Below, one piece after another: positions 1 through 10,005 of a DNA stretch of 64,000 nucleotides. The notes under the pieces are model-generated. The model had not been told where the DNA came from. It saw nothing but the letters and a program-made list of their open reading frames with translations, and did no database searches. The position numbers and the translations under genes are program-made. The stretch covers positions 248,001-312,000 of the forward strand of contig NW_026515699.1 of assembly GCF_025526975.1 (NCBI RefSeq), written 5' to 3'. This DNA comes from Fimicolochytrium jonesii. Lineage: Eukaryota. Each line of letters starts with the position of its first letter. Within the stretch, counting starts at the first letter, position 1.

Positions 1-893
1 AAGCGCTTTCATCGTATGATATCCTGCGAACAATAATGCCCCAGTGCAGCCCCACATTAGGGTGTCCCGCACCTTCGTACGATCTCAACGATCGATCCAA
101 GACTCGAGAGAAATGCATATGTTGCGGTTACCCCGCGGACTTGATGTCAACGCGTCCATAAATCAGGTTTTCTGCACATGCATGTGCGGCCGCAGCCACC
201 CTTCAAATTCACAACCATGAACGGCGATACGCACGACGGACATGCCGGAGGCCGGAGGGGAGGGATGAACGGTAGAAAAGCAGCGCGTATCATGAACGTT
301 ACTATGAGTTACTCGAAGGCCGGGTGGCGAGGTCCAGAGAACCAGACCCATGGATGTCATGCCCGCAGAAATGTCTCGCAGCGAGTTTTTTTCATGCCAG
401 AACCGGAGGCTAATTTGGGCCCCTCGGTTTGAGTGATGAACGGTCAAAGACGCTCAGGCTACCGCATAATGAAAGTCCATGCAGGCCGATGCGTGTGACT
501 TGTGACAGCGGCCATAATAATAATATCCCTTGCATGCCTGGCTAGTACAGTACCTACTACCATACACCCAGCATCAGCGGTCGGCAGCTCCTCATATGAG
601 GTGGGAGACTCTTGACGCTAACTCAGGCGATCGCGCGTAGTATCCTTAAGTAGTACGACGGAAGTTACATATGGTGGGAAAGCCCTGTCTGCGTGTCGGA
701 TCGTAAGGTTTTCCATATGGCTTTCTCGCCCTAGTGCTCCTACCTCCGACTCCTCCACAACAACCATCCCCCTTGTTTCTCACCCTACTTTCTCTCACGT
801 ACATATATGCAGAGGACCCACGGGACCTACTCCACCCACCCGCCTCAACCAGGGTTCTGGCTCTGGTGATATCTCATTTCATACGTAGTCGAA

Positions 894-3800
894 ATGGCTG
901 GCCAGCAGCAACTTCCAAACCACTACTCAATGCAATACGGCACCGACAATGGCGGTAGCGGCCAGCGATTCTACTCCTCCACCGGCCCCGCAGTGCAGCA
1001 CTCCAACACCACCACAACAACAACGAACCACCCACCGAGAGACGACCCACTCTCAGACGTTCTCTACTCAACCCTCCACACCGTGCATTCGAACGTTATG
1101 GCAGGCACCGGTCTACCCACCGCGCAGCTCGACACCCTCCTCAGCGTCGTCCACGAGTATAGGAAGGCAAAGGACAGCGAGCGAGCGGCTACAGAGAACG
1201 AATTACGGCTGAGGGAGATGGACTTGCAGTTGGAGATGTTGAGAGCAACGGCCCGTGCTGACGCTGGTATGAGCATGTTGGCGCCAACGCCAGAAGGGGC
1301 TGGGTTGGATATGGGGATGGGATATGTGGGCTTTTTGGGTGAGCAGGGTGCGAATCAGCATCTTGGGGAGGGTATGCATCAACAGCCGCGGCAGGAGATG
1401 CATCAGAATAGTCAGTACCAATCGTTGTGGTCGCCTGCTCCACAACAGCCTCAACCGCAGGCGCCACCCTTTTACCACGGCAACCAGACGGCAATGTTCC
1501 AACACTCGCTTTCACTTGGGGCTTACGAGCTGCCTCCTGTTGTGCCCTCTCACGCTGAGGTGGCCGGCAGCCTTCCGGATCATTATCACGTATCTCATCA
1601 ACAGCATCAACAGCAACAGTCACGACAACAGTTGAGGACAGAGATGCCTGCTTCACCACAACACCCATCACCCATGTCCGCTTCAAGCACTTTCACCAGC
1701 GCCCTTGCAGCTACGCCGCCTTCTGCGCATTTTGACGGCGAAGCCGAAGGGCTGTACAACTGGCAGACGCAGTCTATGCAGGCACATATGCAGCCACAGC
1801 CGCAGATGCAGATGCATAAGCACATCAACGTCCCGCCCTTCCATCCGGACCCACAGCTCTATGAGCAACAGGAGCAACAGCGTCAGGCACAACAGCGGCA
1901 GCAACAGAAGCAGCAGCAGGAACAACAACAGGAGCGGCACGATCTTCAGCGGGATTCGGCGGGCCTGTACTGGAACGGGTCGATGGATGTCGGTGCGCAG
2001 ATAGATGTTCACAGGCGGCAGGGTCCTGCGAATGTGTTTGAGTCAATGGATGTGACGTCGCAGCCTCCGATGCATACGAACGATGATAGAGTGGGTGGCA
2101 CGGGACAGGTGGAGGGCTTTTCGGCAAATCACGATCCGAATGGAATTCATATGGGAGATGTTGGGCCTCTGTGTTTGTCCTCCCCAACTTCATCTATTCC
2201 GAGTGTGCCAACACCACTCACGTCACATAATCTGCCAGCGATGGAACAACCGGCACTCCCCGCGTCACCAATAAACACCTCCAGCGCATACAAACCCTCT
2301 ATGCCTGAGCCGCAGAGGTCGGAACCCATCCAGCCCATAACCACCCTCGCCAGCGGCCGGGGCGCCATTACTAACTCGCGGTACCGCAGACGCAAACGAA
2401 AGACGGACCTCGTCACCGGGAACTGTCAGGTGTGCAAGGCGCATATTGTCATGTTCCAGCTGCATTGCGTGGATGACTGTACGCTTGGATCGCATACGGT
2501 CAACGTCACTTGCGCATCATGTACGGGTCAGGCAGCGTCGGCGTTGAACGGCACGAGTGAGGGACGTGTTCCAAACACGATTGGATTACCACCATCATCC
2601 GCGGTATCAAACACAACAACGACAACAGCAGCATCGAAACGCCGCAAACGCAAAATGACAGAGCACCACTCGGTTTGTCTTACGCAAGACATGCTCTGCA
2701 TGCTCTGCAAAACAGTCATTGGCGTCGGTGGCCTCCAATTCGAAAGCCCCACCGGAACCGGCTCCAGCAGCTCTTCCTCCCCCTCCCTCTCCCCGCACGC
2801 AGCCTACGCCTCACCCAACGGCGTCTCCTCATCCACCCTCTCTAAACCCCGCAGCACAACAACAGGAGGTATCAAAAACCCCGCCCTGCCCCCAATAATG
2901 GTCGAAATCATCTGCGCCCCCTGCTACCGCACCTACGCCTTCTGCAGCGACTGCGGCGGCGGCGGCACCTTCCGCACCGGCAAATACCGCCCGCGCCAGC
3001 TCTTCGAACCCGGCCGCGCAACATGCTCCCTCTCCCACGTCCGCCTCACACCCGGAAATGTCGAGGAAAAAGTCTTCCGCATACCTCTGATCAACGACGA
3101 CCCCACCCTCGACCCGGCCTACTTCACCACCGAGTCCAACCGCCCCCCGGACGACACTACCCCTTTACTCACCCCCGAAATCGCAGCCCTGATGCACGCT
3201 TCCCTCCCCTACATGTACCTCCACGAAGTCGGCAACCCGCGCTTCATGACCTCCGGCGGGCCCGAGTTCGCAACGTGGGAGAAGCTGCTGGATAGGATAA
3301 CGACTCTCCGCGCGCTGATTGAGCTGTTGTGTAAAGGCGTGAACCCGAAAGACCAGCCGCCGCCGAAACGCAACTGTGTGAGGAGGTTTTTGAGTCTGAG
3401 GTGGGTCAACCGCGCGCATCCGGCGGATTTGGTCGTACCTGAGGGGGAGAATGAGTTGGAGGCTGAGCGGTATTATGGGGCTGATAATACGAGGGAGGAT
3501 GAGGATGGGGATTATGAGGATGAGGGCGGTAAAGAGCAAACTGCGAATGCAAATGGCCTTTTCCGACTCCCCGATCCCCGGCGCCCCACAGCTGCCCCAC
3601 CTACACCATCCCAACAACCACCCCAAGCAACAACAACCCTCCGCGACCCATCATCCGACCCACGCCTCGTCTTCACCTTCTCCATCATCGAATGGCGCAC
3701 CGACACCGGCTTCGTCCGCAACTGCGCCAGCTTCGGCGGCGCCGACCGCAAACCGTCCGTATGGAACCCCATGCTGGGCGGGCTGAACGCCATGCTGCGG

Positions 3801-4178
3801 GATTGCGCCTACCTCTCCCGCACCTCATCTCTCATCCGACCCCCATGTTACATCTACACGAACGCGAGACGGTTCGGGTACTCTGCCCCGACCTTGGCCG
3901 TCACTTCCACCCATTCCCCGGCCGCCACGACCTCCTCCGACCAACGAACGATAACAATCCCCCCACCCTCGCCCAACCCCAAACCGCGCTCCTTCTACCT
4001 CACAAAGCACGGGTTCACGCTCCTTGAGGAGTTGGACGACACGCACCCGGCGAAACAGGTGTGGGATCCGACTAGTGTGAGTGCGGCGTTCAGGGATCCG
4101 AAGAGTTTTGCGGTTTGGTGTGCGGAGGTTGGGGAGGTCGTGAGGCTTTTGGGGCTTACGAGGGGAGTCGGGGAGTAG
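894..4178 (+). CDS. Intronless 1094-aa protein: Q/P/H-rich N-terminus, duplicated basic+CxxC zinc-finger-like modules, C-terminal domain of unknown function; possible transcription regulator
   Basis: Long ORF with poly-Q tracts; RRRKRK..CQVC...CASC and KRRKRK..CMLC...CAPC, then CSDCGGGG..RTGKYRP..LF..GR.TCSLSH. Confidence 0.8.
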   Translation: MAGQQQLPNHYSMQYGTDNGGSGQRFYSSTGPAVQHSNTTTTTTNHPPRDDPLSDVLYSTLHTVHSNVMAGTGLPTAQLDTLLSVVHEYRKAKDSERAATENELRLREMDLQLEMLRATARADAGMSMLAPTPEGAGLDMGMGYVGFLGEQGANQHLGEGMHQQPRQEMHQNSQYQSLWSPAPQQPQPQAPPFYHGNQTAMFQHSLSLGAYELPPVVPSHAEVAGSLPDHYHVSHQQHQQQQSRQQLRTEMPASPQHPSPMSASSTFTSALAATPPSAHFDGEAEGLYNWQTQSMQAHMQPQPQMQMHKHINVPPFHPDPQLYEQQEQQRQAQQRQQQKQQQEQQQERHDLQRDSAGLYWNGSMDVGAQIDVHRRQGPANVFESMDVTSQPPMHTNDDRVGGTGQVEGFSANHDPNGIHMGDVGPLCLSSPTSSIPSVPTPLTSHNLPAMEQPALPASPINTSSAYKPSMPEPQRSEPIQPITTLASGRGAITNSRYRRRKRKTDLVTGNCQVCKAHIVMFQLHCVDDCTLGSHTVNVTCASCTGQAASALNGTSEGRVPNTIGLPPSSAVSNTTTTTAASKRRKRKMTEHHSVCLTQDMLCMLCKTVIGVGGLQFESPTGTGSSSSSSPSLSPHAAYASPNGVSSSTLSKPRSTTTGGIKNPALPPIMVEIICAPCYRTYAFCSDCGGGGTFRTGKYRPRQLFEPGRATCSLSHVRLTPGNVEEKVFRIPLINDDPTLDPAYFTTESNRPPDDTTPLLTPEIAALMHASLPYMYLHEVGNPRFMTSGGPEFATWEKLLDRITTLRALIELLCKGVNPKDQPPPKRNCVRRFLSLRWVNRAHPADLVVPEGENELEAERYYGADNTREDEDGDYEDEGGKEQTANANGLFRLPDPRRPTAAPPTPSQQPPQATTTLRDPSSDPRLVFTFSIIEWRTDTGFVRNCASFGGADRKPSVWNPMLGGLNAMLRDCAYLSRTSSLIRPPCYIYTNARRFGYSAPTLAVTSTHSPAATTSSDQRTITIPPPSPNPKPRSFYLTKHGFTLLEELDDTHPAKQVWDPTSVSAAFRDPKSFAVWCAEVGEVVRLLGLTRGVGE

Positions 4179-4522
4179 GGCGTTTTGTGGCGTAGGTGTG
4201 GGACTCTATGGACTTGGAAGTATGGAGGACATCCCCTGCCCCGTTACGCTGATCTGCATCATTGTACATACACAATTTCAACTCCATGCATAGGACGTCG
4301 CGAGTCTCTCAAACCCGCAAGACGGACTATGAGTTCTGTGGCTAGGGCCTTTCAATTCAGATCCAACTCACTGGGAGGGTTAAAGTGAAAAAAAGTGTTT
4401 GTGCAGAGAGGAACCGGACCGGGCGGGTTTCACAGCTGTTAACCTACGACTCTCTCGGATGTTTCTCACCCCCATACCCGCCCACTACGACCCTCGTTCC
4501 CAACACCACACATTCATACAAA

Positions 4523-5295
4523 ATGTACGACATCCTAAGCCTCACACGTCGGCGGTACACTCTTCGCCACCGATCTCGCAGCACCCTCCCAAACCTACCC
4601 CCCGCTCCCTCCTCGCCACCCTCACACCCCCCACCAACGGGCCCCCTCGCTGCAAAGACGCCAAGGACACTACGTCCTCGACCATAACCCGCGCATGTTT
4701 GCTGCTGTGCTCTATTTGTATAGGACGGGAATTTGTGTGTGGCCCGCGGATGTGAGGGGGGATGGTGTAAGGGAGGTGTTGGAGTAATCAGGGGGGGTTT
4801 TGGAAGAGGTGATGCAGGATGGGGCGGGGCGGGATGGCGGGGTTTTGTGCGATCGCGTACGGATTGTAGGCCGGAGGGGTCGGTTCATTTGATCCCGAGG
4901 GGCGCAAAGTTCCATATCTCCCCTGGAGGATATGTGTCGCCGGGATCAGTCGGATATGGATACGCCCCAGCGACTCCTTTTGAGGAGCGTGGCGTATGGA
5001 TTGACCACCGACGGGGATACTTTTGCTGTTGCTTTGAATAAGGTCTGGGCGGGAGTTTGCGGGCGCTGGCAGTGTTGGACCCAATGGGGAGATGGAAACG
5101 GAAGCTTTTGCCGGGGCCGTCGAGATCGGTGGACTCTGTGCGGATCCGGGGGTTCTATGGACGGGTGTGAATCGGCACGAGAAAGCGGTCGGAGTGCACA
5201 AGGCCTGGAAGGCGCATGATGTGGAAGGTTGCTGGGGCCAGGAAGAGTGGCGTCGGGATGGATGGATTATGGGTTCGGTAACTCTGACGATCTGA
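4523..5295 (+). pseudogene. Frameshifted KCTD/T1-type BTB/POZ-domain pseudogene
   Basis: Joining frames gives HVGGTLFAT / RSTL / SLLATL..CKDAK / GHYVLDHNPRMFAAVLYLYRTG, matching the BTB_2 pattern; several frameshifts and a premature stop. Confidence 0.6.
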
Positions 5296-5670
5296 GAGGC
5301 CTGTGTGTGGGTGTGGGAGTTGCCAATGGTACCGTGGGTGTAGGAGTCCGAGGAGTGTGAGTCCGACTCGGTCGTCGATGTGCACGGAAAAATCGCAGAT
5401 GTTTGACATGGAGATCCTGTATCGTAACAATGAAAACGGAAGCCCGCTTGAGATTTAGTACGCTGAGAGTGTTACCAGATGCACCGCCAGCGCGAGGAGC
5501 CGTCTGTCGCCGTCTTCAGTAGTCGACGCCGGTGCCTAGAGCGGTGCGTGTCCCGTTCTTTCCACACTGTGAGATGTTCGAGGTTCTCGTCTCAGATCCA
5601 CCCCAAGGCACAGATCCATCTCTACAACTCCTACGCCTTTGTATTCTATCACATTCGGCTCTATCTAATT

Positions 5671-6807
5671 CTAACCCCTTCGCAAAACCAACAAATCCAC
5701 CTCCCCACATCCGGGCTCATGCCAAAACCACTCCGGCGGCTTCTCATCCCCACTGCTCAGCCCCACCGTCGTAACACAGATCCCCGCCGCATGCAGCGCG
5801 TCCATAAAAAGGGTTCGTGTAGCAGGTTGGCGGCGTGTAAGGGCGACGTAAGCAATGCGCGGTATTGGTCTTATCTTCAGTGACGGGGAGGGCCGGAGTG
5901 CAAGAAAGGCTTGCAGAACACCGACCAATGGCTCGACAAGCAACGGATCATACACGACGTCCGCGCACACGATATGAGTTGGGTCGAGGCGTTCTAGATG
6001 TGTTTTGTTCAAATTGGTCCAGTCGAGTCGTTCCACTGTGGGTATCACTCGAGGGGTATCCAGTGATGACGGGGAGTTGTTGATGGCGACGTTCTCACGC
6101 AGTCGGTCCAGCACGCCGTCGTCGACGTCGGAGAGTGTTATGGCTGCTGCGGTCCCGAGGCGGGCGAGGAGAAGGCCGAGGAAGCCTGTTCCGGCGCCGA
6201 GTTCGAGGATGCGGGCGTTGGGTGGGATTGACGGGATGCTTGATGAGGAGGATGTGTTGTCAGAATTGTACGTGTGGATCAACCACTCGCCGAACCGCAG
6301 GGCCGCTTCCCAGGTGACGAGGCCGGTGGTGCCCTGTGAGATTTTAGCAGTTTCTTCTCGCAGGGTTAGGTAGTCTATCCCTGCCGGCGTTTCCTCCCCA
6401 CGTATCGGAATGGCATAACTCGTATACGCCACCTCCCCATCTCCGACCGCATACGCCGCGACCCCGCCCCCTCCTGCCCCATTCCCGTCCTGCAACAGCC
6501 CGACATACGTCTCCAGCACGCGCTCATTTACCTCCCCGTCGGGGGCGTATTCCTCGGCTTTCCGCACGAGCATCTTTACGAAGGCGCGGGCGTAGGCGGC
6601 GGCGGGCGGGTACCGCCGGGAGAGCGGGGAGTGGAGGGTGGAGGCAAGGAGGAGGTGCTGATTGGCGGCGGTGAAGGTGGGGAGGGAGGGAAACTGGAAG
6701 TGGCGGATAGGCACGCGTTGGTGGTATTGGAGGGTGAGCGGGGTGAGGATTGTTTGCGGGAGGTGGCCTCCATCCGGGTGTTCAGCGGGAGTGGGTAATG
6801 GTTCCAT
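5671..6807 (-). CDS. EFM3: Protein-lysine N-methyltransferase, EEF2KMT/FAM86/Efm3 family
   Basis: ISQGTTGLVTWEAAL, SAM motif LELGAGTG, CADVVYDP; FAM86-like N-terminus (YPP..AYARAFVKML). Confidence 0.88.
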   Translation of the reverse strand: MEPLPTPAEHPDGGHLPQTILTPLTLQYHQRVPIRHFQFPSLPTFTAANQHLLLASTLHSPLSRRYPPAAAYARAFVKMLVRKAEEYAPDGEVNERVLETYVGLLQDGNGAGGGGVAAYAVGDGEVAYTSYAIPIRGEETPAGIDYLTLREETAKISQGTTGLVTWEAALRFGEWLIHTYNSDNTSSSSSIPSIPPNARILELGAGTGFLGLLLARLGTAAAITLSDVDDGVLDRLRENVAINNSPSSLDTPRVIPTVERLDWTNLNKTHLERLDPTHIVCADVVYDPLLVEPLVGVLQAFLALRPSPSLKIRPIPRIAYVALTRRQPATRTLFMDALHAAGICVTTVGLSSGDEKPPEWFWHEPGCGEVDLLVLRRG

Positions 6808-7019
6808 TGGTGTTCTCTGTATCTATGTCTGGGTGGGTCTCGTTGCAGCTGGTCGCCATACATACTGGACCTGGCCGTGCGAATTGGAGTGAGAAAAAGG
6901 AGGAAAGGCGACCAACGCGTGGGACCCAGAAGACCAGGCGCTCAGCAGCTGCTCCATTGTCCCACCGCCCAATCTGCACATACACTCGCCACACCTCCAA
7001 CCCTTGGACACTATCCACC

Positions 7020-8379
7020 ATGCCAAAGAAAGCCATCGCAAAACCCACCACCCGCAAGCTACCCGCGGGCAAAGGCCGCGCCCCAGGTACACATCATCAC
7101 ATTCCCCCCTTCCCAAGATGACATGTCCGTCTGACCTCATAGTATTCTCCAGCACGCAAACCAGCAAAGAAACCGCCCGTCTCGTACGACTCAACCGACA
7201 GCGATGGCGTGTCTGATGGGGAGAAGGAGGACGAGGGTGGGCAGAGGTTCGGCAAGGATATGGTGCCTTGCATGCCTTGCATGCCTTGCAGAGATGACGA
7301 AAGTGCTGAGCATGGGAATATTCTCTAATAGTCAGGGATTGTCGGAGCTGCTGGGGTTGTTTCAAGGTATGTTGTTTGGGTGAGGGTGGGTGTGGGGTGG
7401 AAACGCTGGGACAGCTAGGGAAGCGAGCGAACGCAATGGACGTGGCGAGCACAGTGAGCGTTTCGCTTGAGGCAATGCGGGCAACGGGATGTCCCATGTC
7501 CCCACTCCTCATCGCGAGGCAGTACAACGCTGACCCACCTCATCCACCATCCATGCCAGCCCAATTCAAGAAGCAATCCACAAAACGCGCCAAAAAATCC
7601 ATGTCAAAGCACGACGTCACGCTTGCCGCTAAAATGGCGGAGGTGAGAAACATTCACATCGACGTGTCCCCGGTTTGTATGATCCGTTCCAACGACGATT
7701 CTATGACCCTGGTGTAGATCCAGAAGCGGATCGCGGAGACTGAGAAGGAGAGGTATGTGCGTCTGCTTTGTGATTTACGGAGAGATTGGGTGTTGTTTAT
7801 CTCTCGCGCATTTTGCAGGACACACCAAATCGAATCCACAACACGAAAATACGACGCCATTTGGTTGCATCAAGGTAACGCCCCCCGCTCCCCCTCCCCC
7901 ACCCCTTCTTCCCCCATCCACCACCTCACTCCCTCCCACCCACAGACACACAACTAAAATCCTTCCGGGAACACTACCACTCCGTCCTCTGCGGCTGGTC
8001 AACCACCATCGAGCTGCTGGCTCTACACACCGAGGAAGTCCGCAAGGCCGATCGGGTGGTTGTGCAGGAGATGGGGGATGAGTGTGCGTTGTTTTTGCGT
8101 GTATATCAGGGAGAGGTGAGGGGTGTGTGGATAACTGACGGTCTTTGTAGGTGAAGCGAATATCGCGCAGGCGACACATAAAATGAAGCAGATTGAGAAG
8201 GATGTGGAGGGGAGTAGGGGGGCTGTTGTGGAGATGACTAAGGTTTTTTTGTTTTCAATCAATTCATTGTTCACCAGTGGATCGCATTGGCTACGGCTGA
8301 ATCCTTCTTGTCTTCGATACAGGCGGCGTTTGATACGGACAGGGTCAAGAACGCGTTGAACCTATTGATTAGCTCGTGA
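7020..8379 (+). CDS. Multi-exon (~9 exons, ~230 aa) protein with a basic N-terminus and coiled coil; SYCP3/Cor1-like architecture possible
   Basis: GT-AG splicing by eye gives a continuous frame MPKKAIAKP..ARKPAKKPPVSYDSTDSD..LSELLGLFQAQFKKQSTKRAKK..EIQKRIAETEKERTHQIE..DRVKNALNLLISS*. Confidence 0.65.
7415..7490 (+). repeat. Intronic GAGCGAA-family element, copy E (partial)
   Basis: gagcgaacgc..ggcgagc..gcttgaggca..gcgggc matches copy C in the GCN5 intron. Confidence 0.55.
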
Positions 8380-8602
8380 AATCACCCTTTTCGCTGCGGC
8401 GTAGTGTAGAATGGGCATATTGTACGTGATCCGTGTGGAGTCTGGTCTGGTAGAGGAAGTTATGTCTATCTATTTCATTTCAATGTGATTATTTGATCTG
8501 CTTAAACGTCTTCGCATGTTTGTGCCTGCCTGAGAACACATCTGTCCAACCAACCGCTACACGAGGCTGTCTTACGCCGCTCCTTCGCGTGCCTGCCCAA
8601 AT

Positions 8603-9808
8603 TCAAACCCCCCCACCCCCAACCCCAACCCACTGCCTCAACACAACCCCGGCCTCCGTCAACAACCGCTCCGTCATCCCATCCATCCCATACGCCTGCG
8701 CATACACGACCTCCTTGACCCCGACCTGAATGATCTTTTTCGCGCACCCCAAGCAAGGGCAGGTGTTGCAGTAGAGGATGGTGCGGCCGTCGTCGATGCG
8801 TTCGCGGCCTGCTTCCAACAATGCGTTCTAAAAACATAATTCGCATGCATGTATGAGTGGAAGCGAAAGTGAAGAACGAGAATTAAAAAATGAGAGGCGA
8901 TATATGAATGACCCCACCTCCTCAGCATGCAAACACAAACACACATCCAACCCGACCCCACACCCCGCTCCACTTTTATTGCACCGCGGACACCCGCCCT
9001 CCGCACAGTTCGTCACCCCCCTCGGTGTCCCATTGTACCCCGTCGCGATGATGCGATTGTTCTTGACCAGAATACACCCCACGCGGCGCTTCATGCAGTT
9101 GCTGCGGCGCGCGGCGAGGTCGCACAGGGCCATGAAGTACATGTCCCAGCCTGGGCGGAGACGTTGCGGGTTGGTGAGGTGGGTGAGGCGGAGGTGTTCG
9201 TGGAGGAGGGGGAGGGTGGGGTAGGGGTTGAAGAGGAGGAGGGTGGCGTGCGGGAGGAGGGTGTGGAGGGTTGGTGGGGGGTCGGTGGAGGAGGTGGAGG
9301 CGGCGGAGGAGGTTGGGGGTGATGTTGGCGTGGAGTTTTCGAGCGTCATTGCGGAGATGGATGGGAGGTCAGACCCGTATCCTGAACCGAATAGTATCTT
9401 CTCGTCGGCTTCTACAAACTCCGCCAGCGTCATCTCCGAGGGGTATCCGTCCTCCTCCTCCTCCTTGTGTGTCCTATTCTTGATTTTCTCGCACACCCTT
9501 CTATACCGCACACTCATCGGCGCGTCCACCCCGACCAACATCGCAAAGGGTCGTTTACTGATAACCTCCCAATCCCTGACATCCCCAATCGCGACCAGGA
9601 CAAAATCGCGGTTCCAGTGCTGCGTGACGTGGGCGGTGAGGGCTTCCGCGGTCGGGAAGGTGAGGGGTTGGCGGAGCTGGGAGGTGAATTTGGGGGCGTG
9701 GTGTGCTGTTGCGGCGAGGAGGAGGGGTTGGAAGCCATGGAAGGTTGTGAGGTAGTGGGCTATGGTTGCTTTGCCGGAGCAGGGGGGCCCGGTTAGGGCT
9801 ATTAGCAT
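8603..9808 (-). CDS. DCD1: dCMP deaminase (fungal type with N-terminal P-loop-like domain), 2 exons
   Basis: RPGWDMYFM..AARRSNCMKRRVG..TGYNG..CLHAEE|NALLEAG..CNTCPCLGCAKKIIQ (HxE/PCxxC zinc motif). Confidence 0.93.
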
Positions 9809-10005
9809 CTTGAGGGGGAGGATGAGAGTGCGTGATTGGGGTGGGGGTGAGAGCAACGGGAGAGAAAGGGAGAGAAAGGGAGACGAGGAGCGCCGCGTCC
9901 GAAAGGTGAAATGTCACACCTCTCCCCTCTCTCCCGGCTCAACACTTCCAACGCCCGTATTACTACCAACGAAACGAGAAGGGACATAAACTGACCACAA
10001 AGAGA

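Noticed and set aside
668..725. Imperfect inverted repeat catatgg..gaaagcc / ggttttccatatg upstream of the first gene
   Set aside because: Short, imperfect and single-copy; no recognisable RNA motif.
7265..7291. (gccttgcat)x3 tandem repeat
   Set aside because: Simple intronic slippage repeat.
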